Below are positions 1 to 14,344 of a DNA stretch of 64,000 bases, piece after piece. The notes under the pieces are model-generated. The model had not been told where the DNA came from and did not search any database. It saw only the letters and a list, made by a program, of their open reading frames with translations. The stretch comes from Takakia lepidozioides (Eukaryota > Plantae > Bryophyta), in contig CM060732.1 in NCBI GenBank assembly GCA_030704615.1, positions 49,476,001 to 49,540,000 of the forward strand, in the 5' to 3' direction. Both the position numbers and the translations under genes were made by a program. Numbering within the stretch: the first letter of the stretch is position 1; every line of letters begins with the position of its first letter.

Positions 1-443
1 CCAACATTCACAGGGTTGTTCCGACCTTATCATAGTGGGGAGTCAAAGGACCACAAATTTTGGTTCTGCCCAGACGATATGGCACGATGCGTGAAGGGAA
101 CAGTTCGTCCTTCGGTGATAATGAAACCCCCTCCCCCCGCAATTTGGCCTGTGCAAATTGGGACGTCGCTGTCATCAACCGAGATAAGCATGCTGGAGGA
201 GGGAGGGTTCTGTCTTACACGGTCCCGGGTGGTGCCCTCATGCACTATCGGCACAGATGTGCCACATGCTCCGGCAATGCCGCCACTCGGTGCCGACTCC
301 CACCCAACAAAAAGAGATGGAAAAACAGTGCGCCGTTTCGCTTCGGGTGCAGATCACGAATGCAAGATGGAATCTGCTAGAATTTTGCAGGCTCGGGTGT
401 AATCACCGAAGTCCCTTCTCCGGGGTATGGACGGATTTACACA

Positions 444-725
444 GTGCTGTCAATTGGGTCAGTTCTTCATGGCAAAGAATATCAGGTTACCGTCGGGAAT
501 TTCCCTTCGTGCACTTGTCCGGACTTTGTAACGATGCGTGAGGGCGCTCTCGGCATGAGAGGGAAGTGGGTCCCCTGCAAGCATCAATATTACATATACC
601 TTGTGATTATGTGTTGCGACGGTAAGAGAGACCAATTCATCCACCAAGCCACACTAGGCTATGGAGAAGTGAACACCCTTCTACAGCGGGACACCTCGCG
701 TGGAGCTCCGCCAACTTCTCTTTGA
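444..725 (+). pseudogene. SWIM zinc-finger ORF (MULE-associated type), 3' fragment
   Basis: YQVTVGNFPSCTCPDF...PCKHQYY matches the SWIM CxCxnCxH motif. Short GTGAGC/GCTCAC palindromic repeats follow at about 1040-1140, resembling a transposon subterminal region. Confidence 0.6.
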
Positions 726-1310
726 ACACATACGAGCCATGCCCGCTTCCCATGCTGGTTTGCAGGTTGCCGTGTGAAGACTTTGCATTTCTGACAAACA
801 TATGGATTTCGTTTACGGAACCAGGGCAAATGCACATGCAATTCATTGTAAGCGTCTATCTGTGAATTGAAATAAACTGTGACAATCATTCTGAGCTCAA
901 ATCTGCCATGTTTTCATATTTCTGTTTTTGAGCGGGCATTGCACACATGGTGTGTGTTGGCCCCCTTTGTTTTGTCCACGGTAATAGGCCCTCTTCCTGC
1001 AATCCTCGCCTATAGGACCTTCTTCTCCAGCAGATTGGTGCCGCTCACGCTTCCCTGAAGCGTGAGCTCAGCTCACGCTTTCTAGCTTGGACGTGAGCTC
1101 AGCTCCCAGGCTCACGGGGCTGGGCTCATGCCGTAGCTACGCTCGTCCTATCTGGTCATAATATATGGAGTGCATGCTAGTGAGTCCTACTTCTAGTCCA
1201 TCCTAGTCACATTACAATGAGTACCAGTCCATGAACAGGAGGGACATCTTGAAGACACTCCAATTCAGGACATGAGTTGGACATAGTGTCCACAATTGAG
1301 TACAGTAATC

Positions 1311-2327
1311 TCAGTCCACTGGTAGGTTTACAGGTGACAATGTACCTTGTCTAGGGAAAATGTACTCGTGAGGCAACCCAAACAATACAATGGCAGTTGA
1401 CAAACTCCAACATAGTCCAATACAGTACAGTAGTAAGTGTAGAAGGACTGTAAAGTACTGAGAGCCCACACAAACACTGCAAAGAGAGGGTGCGATTACC
1501 TGAGTCTCAAGAAGATAGTGAGCAGGTTGTGTATCATAGACTTTCCTCGACACGCGCTGCCTCACGACATCTTTCTTGTTGGGTGACACTCGTGTCTCAT
1601 TTACCCACCAAGCCAAAACAATTGCTCGGGTCGCATCTATTACATGATCAGACCTTTTCTTTCTCCCACCCAAAGCCCACAAACCCTCACCTCTTGAATC
1701 AATGACTCTTCGTCGTACTATTGCACGAATTATATTGTTGTGATGAATATTAAGGATACGAGCCATTGCCCTTACAGTAGTGGTCTGGGTTCCACTAACA
1801 GACGCTGTTAAGAATGAGCGTTTACTCGCAAGCTTATCTAAAGACTGCACACCCTTAACAAGTTGCATGGAGCTCTGCTGGTTCTTCAATAGATCAGCAT
1901 GCGCCTTGGCCTCCTTAGGCGCCAAGTAATAGGCAGGCAAGCTGAGTTTAATGAGATGGTGACCCAAAAATAACTCCATTACCTCTGTTTGTGAATGAAG
2001 TGTTGGGCATTCCCTCAATTGCTTGTAACAGAAGTCGGCCATTTTCAAAGCCATTCTCCTCTTCTCTCGTTATGAAAACCCCACCCTGGTATCTGCCACA
2101 GAACCTTGCCCAGACGTTGTAGCAGCCGCATTAATCTCTGCCTCTTTTTGGGCTTCAAGTCTCTCCCTATACATTCTTTTCCGGTCAGCCTGGGTTTCTT
2201 TGCGTGCATCCTCAGTGGGCCTGGCTGCAGCCAACAAAGCCAATTTTGCCCTTTTTTGGGGGCCTGGTCTTACCTCTCCATTTACCCTATACTTGTTCTT
2301 CTTGTTCCCCATTGAAAACTGATACAA
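1311..2327 (-). pseudogene. Putative DNA-transposon protein fragment (family uncertain)
   Basis: HTH-like segment, then RKKRSD...WWVNETRVSPNKKDVVR...HYLLETQ ending at a CAG|GTAATC donor-like site. Resembles N-terminal regions of eukaryotic DNA transposases; family not assignable by eye. Confidence 0.3.
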
Positions 2328-2455
2328 CTGTTAGCAAGTATAGAGATCTGAAACCAGACAGCAGTTTACTTAAGTGTCCTCTCTCTCCCAATGGTTGTCC
2401 CAGTCCAATTCAGTTGTATGAAGACATGGCCTGCAAACAACCCAAATGTGAGAAG

Positions 2456-2642
2456 AATATCAACACTCTCGGTTTTTTTTGCACCAATTTACACCAAGTA
2501 GCAAAATCTGCAATGAATATGAGAACAAATGGGAGAGCCCCCACCTTTAATATCAACACTCTCGGTTTTGTTGCACCAATTTACACCAAGTAGGAAAATC
2601 TGCAATGAATATGAGAACAAAGGGGAGAGCCCCCCACCTTTA
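2456..2642. repeat. Tandem duplication, about 93-bp unit x2
   Basis: AATATCAACACTCTCGGTTTT...GAGAGCCCCCACCTTTA occurs twice in tandem with few differences. Confidence 0.85.
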
Positions 2643-2715
2643 CTTCTTCTCTAATCAGCCACAAACCCAATGCTTCCACGATTTACTTCACCATTCCTAT
2701 TATTCTCTTGCCCTT

Positions 2716-2900
2716 GTCATCCGGACTGTGGACATAATCAGAATGTCAACTTCATGTCCTTGAAATCCATCCACAGTATTGAACTCAATGTCACATGCTA
2801 CACCAGAACCTAGTGCACGAATAAAGCGATTCTGAAGCAGTAATAGCTGCTGCTTGTACGGTATAATTATTATCCCAAAGCGCCTTGGCCTCACCTCAGC
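2716..2900 (-). pseudogene. SF1 helicase (Sen1/UPF1-like) C-terminal gene fragment
   Basis: GIIIIPYKQQ...IEFNTVDGFQGHEVDILIMSTVR matches the conserved TPYxxQ and TVDGFQGxE motifs; isolated fragment only. Confidence 0.75.
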
Positions 2901-5900
2901 TAAATACCTGGTAAAATTCCACCAAACGCAACAGCAGCAAAGAACTTGTGAGTGCCAACTCAGATCTGAAAGAAGAGAAACTACCATGACAAAGACCACC
3001 CTGTTATTGGAGAAATACCGAGCACCAATCCAGGTCCCATAATGAGCCATAGAGACAACCTCAATTCATCCGACTTCATGGTTCCCATCTTTAATCAAAG
3101 TAATGCATCTTAGAGCGATCTGGCCTAACTTTTGGATATCTAATCCCAAGATGGAGGGTAATGTTTCCAAAACATGTGGCAGCCTGGGGATCTCTTGCAC
3201 GGGGCCTGTCCACAAAACTCATCCTAATATTGTAGCTAAAATCTTTTGCCCTCATCTTCGCTCTATGATTGCAACCACCACCCACCTATGCTTATGTATG
3301 TCAGTATAACCCGTCCTCCCCTATAACCAGTCAAGCCTGTCTATGGTAGCACGCACTGACGTTGTAACAGCCGACCTAACCAGCAATCCTCATGATCGTA
3401 GCTCTCTTCTGAATGAAGAATAAAGATCTAGCAAATATGGAGCCTATATGATGATCTCAATGCCTGTTCAGTACAAACCCAAGCAACCATTGACCTCACA
3501 AACGCAAACACAATACCACTTACAGCTAGTTATCACTATACAAAGATTGCAACCTCCAAAACTCACACATGTATCACATAAATACTACAGATAGCACTTT
3601 CTTCGAACTCAGGTGAGCAACATAGACAAAAGAATGTGCGTGCATAGTGAGTACGACAAGAGCAAAACCAAATACCCGAATGCTGGAGGAAATGGCGAGG
3701 TTGCACGTAGATGCTGCCCGTGTCGCACTCCGTATCCAACGTGTTCCAGGGCAACTATGCGCTCTACTGCATTACATAGCAACTGAAAGCATATCATGCA
3801 CGGCTATCTCTGCACACTCAAAAATATAAGAAAGAAGGTCGATAGCACAAATAGAACGATAGGCCATTAGGGCAAAGGTGTATGGGCCACACTTGCAAAC
3901 GCGCAGACATTTTGAAAATCTATGTTGACAGACCAGCCGGCGACGGGTGACCCGCTGTCTCGCACATTCCATGTGCGAGTCTGTTGTCTTGAAGCTTTTC
4001 ATGCAGCTTCCATGGCGGACGCAGCCGCGCAGTCCATATCTCACGGTAGGCAGCTCGAACGACTTAGATTCACCAAAATGGCATACGTAGCAACCTTTAG
4101 TGTCTCCTACAACCCCTTTGAACGTTACATTATTTTCTAGATTTTTCCAAAATATATACCAATGTAACCTTCTTCATGAAAAATCATCAAGCAGTTCATT
4201 CCTTCATAAAAACCTCCATATCATTGTGCAGTGCCTTAGGGAGTGTTTAAAGCTCCACTTCTTATGAAAGGACCATAGCAAGAAAATGAGTGGAAGAAGG
4301 TCTAATGAATTAGGATGTTCCAAGATAAAATGATAGATTTTGAAAATTTCTCACATATCTCATAAACTAATTTTTAGGGCTACATTGTGGTTTCCACGTA
4401 TAACGGTGACCTTCCTACTGGACAATAAAATCCCTATGTGAATTGAAGTTTTCCACCACTCCATTTGATTCCATATAGTCCACAACCTTACTTTGGACAT
4501 CATACATACTTTTACGTTTGGACTTCATTCAATGCTCAAATCTCCATGGATTCCAAAAAAAAAAACCATCGTTATTTTCAGCACAGAATAAGGATCGATG
4601 ATTCATGTCTAAACTTTCAAAATGCACTTATATCCCATATCCATGTCAGTCCTTCTATGTGACACTGCATTCGTAGAGAGCTTGGGACGTCCATTTTGGG
4701 TAGACCGTAACATGCTTTGACCCTTCAGTGCTTCCTGAATCTCCTTTATGATCTCTACATCGTCATAGGTGGACATGGATAGCATATTCACTTGGAGACT
4801 CTGATTTTAAGATGATGGATTTCTGTTGGTCAAAAACTGCATCCCTTCTTTTGGCGCAAGATACGATCGTCGAGAAAGAGCATCTGGTTTTCCTTGAAGA
4901 TGTCCGGGACGGTAGGTAATAACAAAATCAAACCTTGCTAGTGATATACTTCATCTTGCTTGACGTCGATTCAAAACACGAGCACTCATAAAATACTCGA
5001 GGTTTTTGTGATCGGTATAGACTGTGACCTGATGTTTACCTCCCTCCAATAGATGACGCCACTCCTCAAAGCATCGATAATCGCTAGAAGTTCTTTGTCA
5101 TGGATTTCATAATTGATCTCCGCAGCGGAAAATTTGCGAGAACGAAAACCAACAGGGTGAAAACGGCCATCTGTACCGTATTGAGAGAGTACTGCGCCAA
5201 GTGCAAAGTCCGATGCATTTGCTTCCCAAAAGAATGATTTAGATGGGTCTGCATGTACCAGTATTGGAGCCGTTGTAAATGCCTGCTTCAACTTTTCAAA
5301 TGTTTGGTCAGTCTTCTCGTCTCATACAAATTTGTCCTTCACTGTGAGTCGTGTCAATGGTGCAGCAATTTTGGAGTAGTCATTGATAAAGATTCTATAG
5401 AAATTTGCAAATCCTAGAAAACATTGTACATCTCGGACCGAAGTTGGTTTAATCCACTCGATGATGGTTTGTATTTTCTTCTGATCCATAAAAACTCCTT
5501 TGTCGGAAATAATGTAGCCCAAAAATTCGACTTCAGATTGGTGGAAAAGACATTTTTCCAACTTGGCATATAAACTTTTTTCCCTCAATTTATCAAGGAC
5601 AAGGCGTACATAGCGACCATGTTCTTCTTCATTATGTGAAAATATCAAAATGTCGTCCAAATAGATGACTACAAAGTCATCTAAAAATTCTCAAAAGATG
5701 TCATTCATCATGTGTTGAAAAATTGCTGGAGAATTTGTAAGACCGAAAGGCATAACACTATATTCGAAATGTCCGTACCTTGTGCGAAAAACAGTCTTCC
5801 ATTCGTCTCCTTCTTTTATTCGTACAAGGTTGTAAGCTCCTCTCAAGTCGATCTTTGTGAAAAAATTTGCTCATCCAAGTTGTTCGAGGAGTCCGGGAAT

Positions 5901-8019
5901 CAGCGGTAGTGGGTAACGATTTTTTATAGTGACTTTGTTGAGCCCACGATAGTCCACACACATGCGTAACGATCCGTCCTTCTTCTTCACAAATAAAATA
6001 GGTGCTCCCGCGGGTGATTTCAAATGTCGAATGAAATTCTTTGACAAAATTTCATCAATGTATTCGTATAAAGCATCTAGCTCCGTCTGAGATAAATTGT
6101 AGATCGGGCCGAATGGTGGTTGAGCTCCTTCTTGCAACTCAATTACACAATCATAAGGTCGATGTTCTGGCAACATGTCTGCATTTTTCTTCTCGAAGAC
6201 ATCCTTGAAATCTTGATATTGAGTGGGTAATGTCGAAGTAATTTGGTCTGTTGTGGTTTTGATCGGAGTTGCATAAAGTGCAAATGTCACGTCTTTCTTC
6301 GTAGCTCTCATGAAGGCTCTAGCTCCAAGAAACAGGGGTTGAATACCTTTGGTACTTTTGCATTTTTGTCTTGCCGAAATTTTTCGTGATCGCCAGTCGA
6401 TGTCAGGATTATGAAGTACAAACCAGGGAAGTCCAAGGATCATAGGATTCGTAGGAGACTGGATGACATTGAAAACAATATGTGATGCTTGATTTTTAAG
6501 CTTCACTTCAAGGGGTCGAGTTTCATGGTCAATATTTCCTGATGCTAACGGTCGTCCATCGATGACTTCAACAGGGGCCGAGTTCTTACGAGCGTTAAAT
6601 TGTGTTGTTTCGCAAAGTCTTTGTCAATAAAACACGCTGAAGCACCCGAGTTCAAAAGTGCTTCTACGGAGATATCTCGATTTTGCATCCTGATCTTTAC
6701 TGGAACTGTGAAACAAAGTATAGGGTCTGGAGGTAGAAAGAGACTTTTTTTTTTTGAGTAATTTGGGGTGTCCAGCCGCATGGTCCCTACTGTGACTGGA
6801 CATCTTCGTTTTCCGACCTCCTCGTATCGAACACTTGAGTTGTGCCCCAAGCTTTGAATCTTCTCTTGTTGGGGCAGTTTAATGCTATGTGATCATTCTC
6901 TCCACAATAAAGGCATAATCCATTTGAGCGTCGTCTTTGTTTTTTTTGTGGCGTCAATGGCTTGAATCGGACAACATCAATCTGCATAGGATCATTACCG
7001 GATGTCTGATGGATCGTTGTGTTTGGTGCCGTGGTAGCAGCGGCATGGTGCGTCGTCAACCATCCAGATCGCTTCTCTTGACGTCTTTCGAACAAACGAT
7101 TATCGTATGCAATGACTTGGGTGATGAATTCGCTCAGTGTACTCACGTTTGCACTAGTACAGATTATCGTTTTTATGACTACAAATATCATTACATTTGC
7201 AGTGATAAGTGTGATTATAACTACATCACTCTGCAGTGACAAACATGAAGTCAGTTCTACCATCACTGCGGAGTGATAAGTGCGAAGTGATGGTCGTCAC
7301 TGTAGACGTGGCACCTGCCAACGACTCAGAGTGACGTGGTGTGTAGTGTTGTAGTCATAAGTATACGACTACAAGGCTACGTGTCATGACTACACTTACG
7401 ACTACGTCACTATAGATGAGCGCCAACATGGAAAGGTCTCTCCATGACACGCGTGACCCCCCAGATGTATATGACTACACAACTGTACCTTATGACTATA
7501 CTTATGACTATATCACTACTCACTACATCAGTGAGGGTAGCATGTGGGATATTTCATGACTACAAATACGATTCCATCACTATAGGTTTGTACTGGTTCT
7601 GGTAGGTCATCTAACACGTGTCTTTATTCGATTAGTTATAAAAACCATTAAATATTATTTTATTTATTAATGTCATGTAAAATTTATTTATCGTTTTGAT
7701 ATTAAGATATGTTTCAATATACAAAGCAATATATTTAATTGAATGAAAGAATTTCACACAAATACATAGATTGTCTCTGGAATGTCGATCATACAGCAAA
7801 AAACCAATGGGGAAAATGTTCCCATGGATGCCACAGAGGCTCTACAATGAGCATTCAAGAAGCCTGAAAGGTCACATGGATAGATAACCAAGCCTCAAAG
7901 GCTACAAGTCCCAAAACCCAAGCCCACACAGGGGCAGCAGTCCACTAGTACTCCTACAATTGAAGAGCTTTATTTACAAATCACCGCTGTGGCATATTTT
8001 CAACTACATTGCATCACAT

Positions 8020-9636
8020 AGTCCCACCATTGACTGAGATCAGAAAAGTAATCATTCCACAGCTTCTCGTCATTTGCCCCTAGGTCTCCAAAGCCTCCAT
8101 CCCGCGCACTTGCTGTGTATATCTTGCATTCATCACACTCCACAAACACCACATGTCGTTTAGCCATACTGTCAAACACTCCCTTTGTATCCTCAATGCA
8201 CCCACATTTGGCATACATGTCCACCAGGGCAGTGTTCAGAATAGCAGGTGCAATTCCAGATTTGATGATGCCACCATGCATCTCTTTGCCCTTTTCCAGG
8301 GCTGCCAGGCTTGCACAAGCATTGCAAACACACAAACGTGATCTGGTTACACTTCACCCCTTCCCCCATCATTTGCTCATATGTCTCCAAGGCCTCCATC
8401 TCGCGCCCCTGCTGTGCATATCCTGCAAGCATGGCATTCCATGACACCATATCTTGTTCAGCCATACTATCGAACACTCCCTTTACATCCTCGATGCACC
8501 CACATTTTGCATACATGTCCACCAGGGTATTGTTCAGAATGACATCGGGTACAATCCAGCTCTGACAATGTCACCATGGACCTCTTTGCCCTTTTCCAGG
8601 TCTGCCAGGCTTGCAAATGCACACAAACGTGATGTGGTTGGGCTTCACCCCTTCCCCCATCATTTGATCATAGGTCTGCAAAGCCTCCATACCAAGTCCT
8701 TGCTGTACATACCCTGCAAGCATCGTGTTCCACGACACCACATCTCGTTCAGCCATAGACTTGTTGAAAAATCCCTTCGCATCCTTAATGCACCCGCATT
8801 TCGCATACATGTCCACCAAGGCAGTGTTCAGAATGACATCTAGTACAATTCCAACTTTGACGATGTCACCATGGACCTCTTTCCCCTTTTCCAAAGCTCC
8901 CTTACTTGCACACGCATTGCAAACACAAACAAATGTGATGTGGTTGGGCTTCACCCCTTTGCGCAACATTTGCTCATAGGTCTCCAAAAGCATTTCTACC
9001 ACACCCATGCTTGGTAAATCCTGCCAACATTATATTCCACGTGATCAAAGATCGTTGAGGCATTCTGTTGAACACTTGGTGAGCATCCATGATGTTCCCA
9101 CACTTAACATACATGTTGACAAGGGTGTTGAGTAGAAAAACATTTGGTGTGAATCCACTTTAGATAATGTGAGTCATGTGTACCTATTTTCCAGCTTCCA
9201 GACCTTTCATCTTGATGCACTTAAGCAAGAGACAGACATACGTACCTGAATCTGCTGAAATGCCTCCTTGGTTTAAAGTCTGTAGAGCCTCTGACAGTCT
9301 GCCTGCCTCACAAAGCATCTTCACATGCCCAGAAGTTCCAGAAGAGGCATTGTGGATTCCCTCTCTTGATCCTCTATTTTCAGAAGTTGTGGTCATGGTT
9401 GAGGTGCCTGATTTTATCAACTGTGCCGCTGCAACTCCTGCCTTTACTTGACCATCTACCCATGCAGGTTTCTTGTAGCTACTGATCCAGCTGGAATCAA
9501 GGTAATCTGGAGCTTGAAGTCCAGCCCTCTTGGATGAATCTGCACCCACTTCAACTATCCAAGCCTCTGCACAAATCATGCATACATCATTGCCTTGCAG
9601 CTGATAATGACAACCTAGATTTGTTCTAGGAAACAC
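8020..9636 (-). pseudogene. PLS-class PPR gene fragment (N-terminus plus repeats)
   Basis: LCEAGRLSEAL, then repeated NTALVDMYAKCGCIEDAKGVF...DVVSWNAMLAGYAQQG...GVKPNHITF motifs with frameshifts. Confidence 0.9.
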
Positions 9637-9889
9637 CCAACTCAGCTTATTACACTAGTTCCTATACTGAATTGCGTCTGCTACTCTCCTGTAATCTAAT
9701 AGGCATTCACCTTTTTGCCTCAGCGTCCTACCATTGATTGTGGTCAAAAAAGTATTCATTCCACAGTTTCTCCTCATCTCTGTTACGGGTTTTTGGATAT
9801 GTTCCTGTTGTCACAGTGGCAGTATCATGTCAAAGTCACTCCAAACTACATTCACTCAACCAGCTAACTTGCAGAATTCAACATGGAAA

Positions 9890-10450
9890 TTTAGGGCCGA
9901 TTCTGATAAGAGGGAAAAACAGGGTGAAATGTGTTGAAGAAGGTGCCCTGATTACCAGTGCCTGATTTTATCAGCTGTGCCACTGCTGTTGAGGCATCCA
10001 GTTGACCATCTACCCATGCAGGTTTCTTGTAGCTATTGATCCACAGGGAATCATACGCTTGAAATATGGCCCTCTCGGATGAATCTAGACCCACTCTCTA
10101 TCCCTGCTCCTTCAGCTATCTCTGCCTCTTTGTTCCAGCAAACACCCTAACCCTACTTATCACTCAAGTTCCTATGTTGAGCTTCCAACGGGCATTCACC
10201 TTTTACACCAACAAGCTAACTTGCAGAATTTAACCTGAAAATTGAGGGACGACTCTGATAACAAGGGAAACAGGCTGAAATGTGTTGAAGAAGGTGTTCA
10301 TAGGTCTCCAAAGCCTCCATCCCGCGCCCTTGCTGTGCATATCCTACAATCATCGCACTCCACGACAACACATCTCGTTCAGCCATACTGTTGAACACTC
10401 CCTTTGCATCCTCGATGCACCCACATTTTGCATACATGTCCACGAGAGTA
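9890..10450 (-). pseudogene. Duplicated PPR N-terminal piece and isolated PPR repeats
   Basis: SYKKPAWVDGQ segment repeats 9410-9560; DMYAKCGCIEDAKGVFNSMAERDVLSW at 10290-10443. Confidence 0.8.
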
Positions 10451-11120
10451 CTGTTCAGAAACAGTTAAGCTACAACATAGCAACAGGTTTGTATAAACTC
10501 AAACCTAAACTCCATAGTGGCATGTGCATTTTTCTTGTGCCTTCTTTCTTGTTCCATCATAAATGAATAGATGAGAAATTAGGATAGAAGCAGCATAGGG
10601 CAGCATGTGGAATGGGGTGTATGACAAATAGAAAGCGAGCCCGATTTGAACCCGAGTAGCAGACATCGTATGGTCATACCATATTGGAATGTAGAGAATA
10701 TGGCTAGAGAAATCAGAGGATAGCCAACAAATCATACCTTTTTGTTCGCAGGTTGAGAACATGTGAAGATCACCCCCTTTACACCTAGCACCTGTCGCTA
10801 TCGAAAATTTAAGAAATCTTTCTCACTCGCGCCCAATCTTTTCTTTGAACCACAAATGTGTTAGTCCAACGACAACCATGTGTCACATCCGCCACCAAAT
10901 TAGGAGTTAAAGCAGTAGTGCAGCATACATGCAATTTCAGTCTCAGTTTCACCCTCCTTGGTGGGTAGACCCCACAATTCGCTCTCTTGAGGATTGGTAT
11001 GCCACAGAGGAAATGTCCTCAACAATACATCACAGACACCATTTGCAGGGAGAGGTTAATGAACCAAGGAGAGTAATCAATGAAGCAAGACACTCTCACC
11101 TTTCAAAAAGAAACATCGTT

Positions 11121-13030
11121 TCACCAGTACTCCCCACAACAATAAACCCTATCTTCAAAGTGGTGAAAGGGGTTGGCATCCCGTACAATAATTGCTCGTC
11201 CAACAATCTTTGAGATGAACTTAGTGGCCGTGTGGAGTCACCACATACCCAAAGAGGCGTCCCTGGGGTTGTGTTGATCAGCCCAAAAGCAATGGCCAGC
11301 TTCTCACTGTGGTGGCAAAGAGAAAATTCCTTTGCCTCCTCCTCCACATCATGCAACACAAAGTGCGTGTCAGACACATATGCCTCCTCCTTCATCTGCC
11401 AAGACAATCTTCTCAGTTCTGCTTGGATTTCCTCAATCTGTGGATGCAAGTTGTCATCTACTACAAAAGTGTGCAATGCAGGGTTGACTGGACAATGAAT
11501 GGAATTATAATGGACTCAAGTTCTCCTATGTGCCATTGGTGAATTCCATTGAAATTTTGACTTAAGGTGGCCATTTTGGTCCACATCATAGGTATGGATT
11601 TGAAGTGGCAAAATCATTTGTCATTTGACTCATATGGACTAATATATCTAAAAAAAATAGGCGTTTTTTGAAAAGTCCATAGCTCATCTTGTTTTTTGGA
11701 TTTTGGGTGTCATATTTTTTCTAGAAGTATAAAAGCCTATAATCTTCAATGGCTAGGTGACATATTGAAGTTTTTCTGTAAACTATAATTTTTAGTTTTT
11801 CATAATTTCTCTAAATAATAGACTAAAATATCAACTTTTTGTTTTTTGGTCATGGACTTTCATGGAGCAGGATCTGGCATTTTTAGTCCACTCAACCCTG
11901 CAACTGCCCCCCATCGCCAATCTCACTGAAGCAGCGACCTGGCTGCTTTCTGACACCTCTGACTTCCATCATTTTCCTCACCTTTGCAGTATCATCCCAC
12001 CTGCCAGCTGCGGCATAAATATTTGACCTGGGACGATATCAGCTTTCATGATGTCAACATGGACCTCTTTGCCCTTTTCCAGGGCAGCCAAGCTCGCACA
12101 CGCACTGCAAATGAAACAAACGTCACCTGGTCAGGCTGTAGCCCTTCCCACATCATTTGTCCATAGGTCTCCAGAGTCAGTTTCAGCTCTGACAATGTCA
12201 CCATGGACCTCTTTGTCCTTTTCCAGGGCTACCAGGCTTGCAAATGCAAACGTGATGTGGTCGGGCTTCACCCCTTCCGCCATCATTTGATCGTAGCTAT
12301 CCAAAGCCTCCTTCCCGCGGCCTTGTTGTGCATACCCCGCAAGCATCGTTCAGCCATTCCATTGCAAACTCCCTTCGCATCCTCGATGCACCCACATTTC
12401 GCATACATGTCCACGAGGGTATTGTTCAGCATGACGCCGGGTACAATTCCAGCTCTGATGATGTCACCATGAATCTCTTTGCTCTTTTCCAGGGCTACCA
12501 GGAACGCACACGCATTGCATATACAAAGGAACGTGACCAGGTCTGGCTTTACCCCTTCCTACATCATTTGCTCATAGGTCTCCAATGCCTCCATCCCACA
12601 TCCATGCTGGGGAATATCCCGCCATCATCACGCTCCAGGACACGACATTTCGTTCAACCATATTCTCAAACACTCCCTTTGTATCCTCAATACTGCCACA
12701 TTTGGCATACGAGGGTATTGTTCAGAATGCCATCGGGTACAATTCCAAATTTGACAATGGCACCATGGACCTTTTACCCTTCTCCAAGGCTATCAGGCTC
12801 GCATACGCATTGCCAACACAAACAAACGTGACCCGGTCCGGCTTCACCCCTTCCCGCATTATTTGCTCATACATCTCCAAAGCCTCTATACCACACCCCC
12901 GCTGTGCATATCCTCGCCCTTCCTGCATCATTTGCTCAAGAATAAGCTCAAGAAAGCTGCATAAGTTGCTCAAGAATAGGTCGCAAAGCCTCAATCCCAC
13001 GCCCCTCCATTGCATATCCTGTGATCATCC
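11121..13030 (-). pseudogene. PPR-E-DYW (C-to-U editing factor type) pseudogene
   Basis: PLS repeats, then PG box (VRKQPG), HTFVV, HSEKLAIAFGLI, VCGD and ...RDANPFHHF...CGEYW* across frameshifts. Interrupted by a MITE. Confidence 0.9.
11479..11900. mobile_element. MITE (hAT-like TIRs) inserted in the DYW domain
   Basis: TIRs CAGGGTTGACTGGAC / GTCCACTCAACCCTG with an AT-rich interior. It splits the ...GGQL|HTFVV coding sequence. TSD not clean. Confidence 0.75.
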
Positions 13031-14344
13031 TGTTCCATGACACAAGTTCTCACGGCTCGATGCTAAGAAAATATATGGTAGCGAGGGAGGCAAAAGGAGG
13101 CTAAGTCCCCGCCCTCTCTGTTCGCGGCTGAACGTGGGCAACCCTAAAGCAACTTTTTGAATTTTTGAATTTTTTGCATTCTGTGTCATTCCATTGACAC
13201 AAGTGCTTCGAAGATAGATGGATGAGGTCATCCAATGGATGAACCCATTCATGTGTATGCCTTAAGATGCCACGTGTAGTGATGTAGTCATATAAATAGA
13301 GCTGTGAAACCTCCTGTAATCATGTAGTCATAAGCTTCTATGACATGTCATCAATGTGTAGTAGTGGTATAGTCATTTAGTCATACGCTTATATGGCACA
13401 CGTGTGTCTGACGTGTAGTATTGCATGTGACTACTAGCTATATAAACCAAGCCTATGTTCTTGGTCAACAATAGTTGACCGCGGCTCCTAGTCATGTAGT
13501 AAAACGTATGACTGCATTAGATTAAAATATATTAAAATGCGCCCAACAATGGGTTTCATCACTTCGTAGTCACATATATAGTCATGGTTACCAAGGTTTA
13601 TATCACCCGTAGTCATAAAAACGTTAATCTGTAGTAGTGTTGGCATCGTCAGCAACAAATCTTTTACATCCTCTTTTAGGCCACATCGAAATTGATAATG
13701 AGACTCTTCTCATTCCAGTCGAGGTCGCACGCAAGTTGTCGAAATTCGGCAGCATAAACGGAAGCTGGACATGCTCCTTGTCGAAGATTTTGCATCTTTG
13801 TCTCTGCAACTCTCTCTCTATCATTCTCTCCAAACGTTGTAGTGAACTCGGACATGAACGCTTCAAAATTGTATAGTAAATGCGAATGTTTCTCTAATAG
13901 CGATGCAAACCAAGATAGGGCAGTGCCTGATAGAAAGGTGCCCACGAATCCCACTTGAATACCTTCATCAGGGTAGCGTTGTGGATGTAGTTGTAGGAAC
14001 AATCGTACTTGTTGAACAAAACCGCGAAATCTTGATCTCGTCCCATCAAATTTTTCGGGCATGCTGACATTTGGTTCCCTTGTAATCTGTTAAAGATTTG
14101 GAGAAACCGTGGCAGTAGGATTTGTTGTAGTACAGACTCGTAAGGTTGAAGATCCATTGTTCGACTCCTTCAACTCTGAAATTTGTTGTTGCAAATTGTT
14201 GAGAGCGTTGCTAAGATCTTGAGACTGATCAGCTTGTAGTTGGGCAGTAGAGGCACGAAGTTCTTGCATCTGGAGCTGAAGCCTCTGCAGTGTGGCGACC
14301 ATTTCCGCAAATGTACCTTCCATCTTAACTAACTAAGGAACAAA

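Larger units (their letters stand above)
7152..13639. mobile_element. Non-autonomous CACTA (Pack-CACTA) element, 6488 bp
   Basis: TIRs CACTAGTACAGATTATCGTTTTTATGACTAC and (reverse complement) CACTACTACAGATTAACGTTTTTATGACTAC. 3-bp TSD TTG (7149-7151, 13640-13642). Dense ATGACTAC/GTAGTCAT subterminal repeats. Removing it restores gag ...LTMP|NVSTLSEF. Confidence 0.93.
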
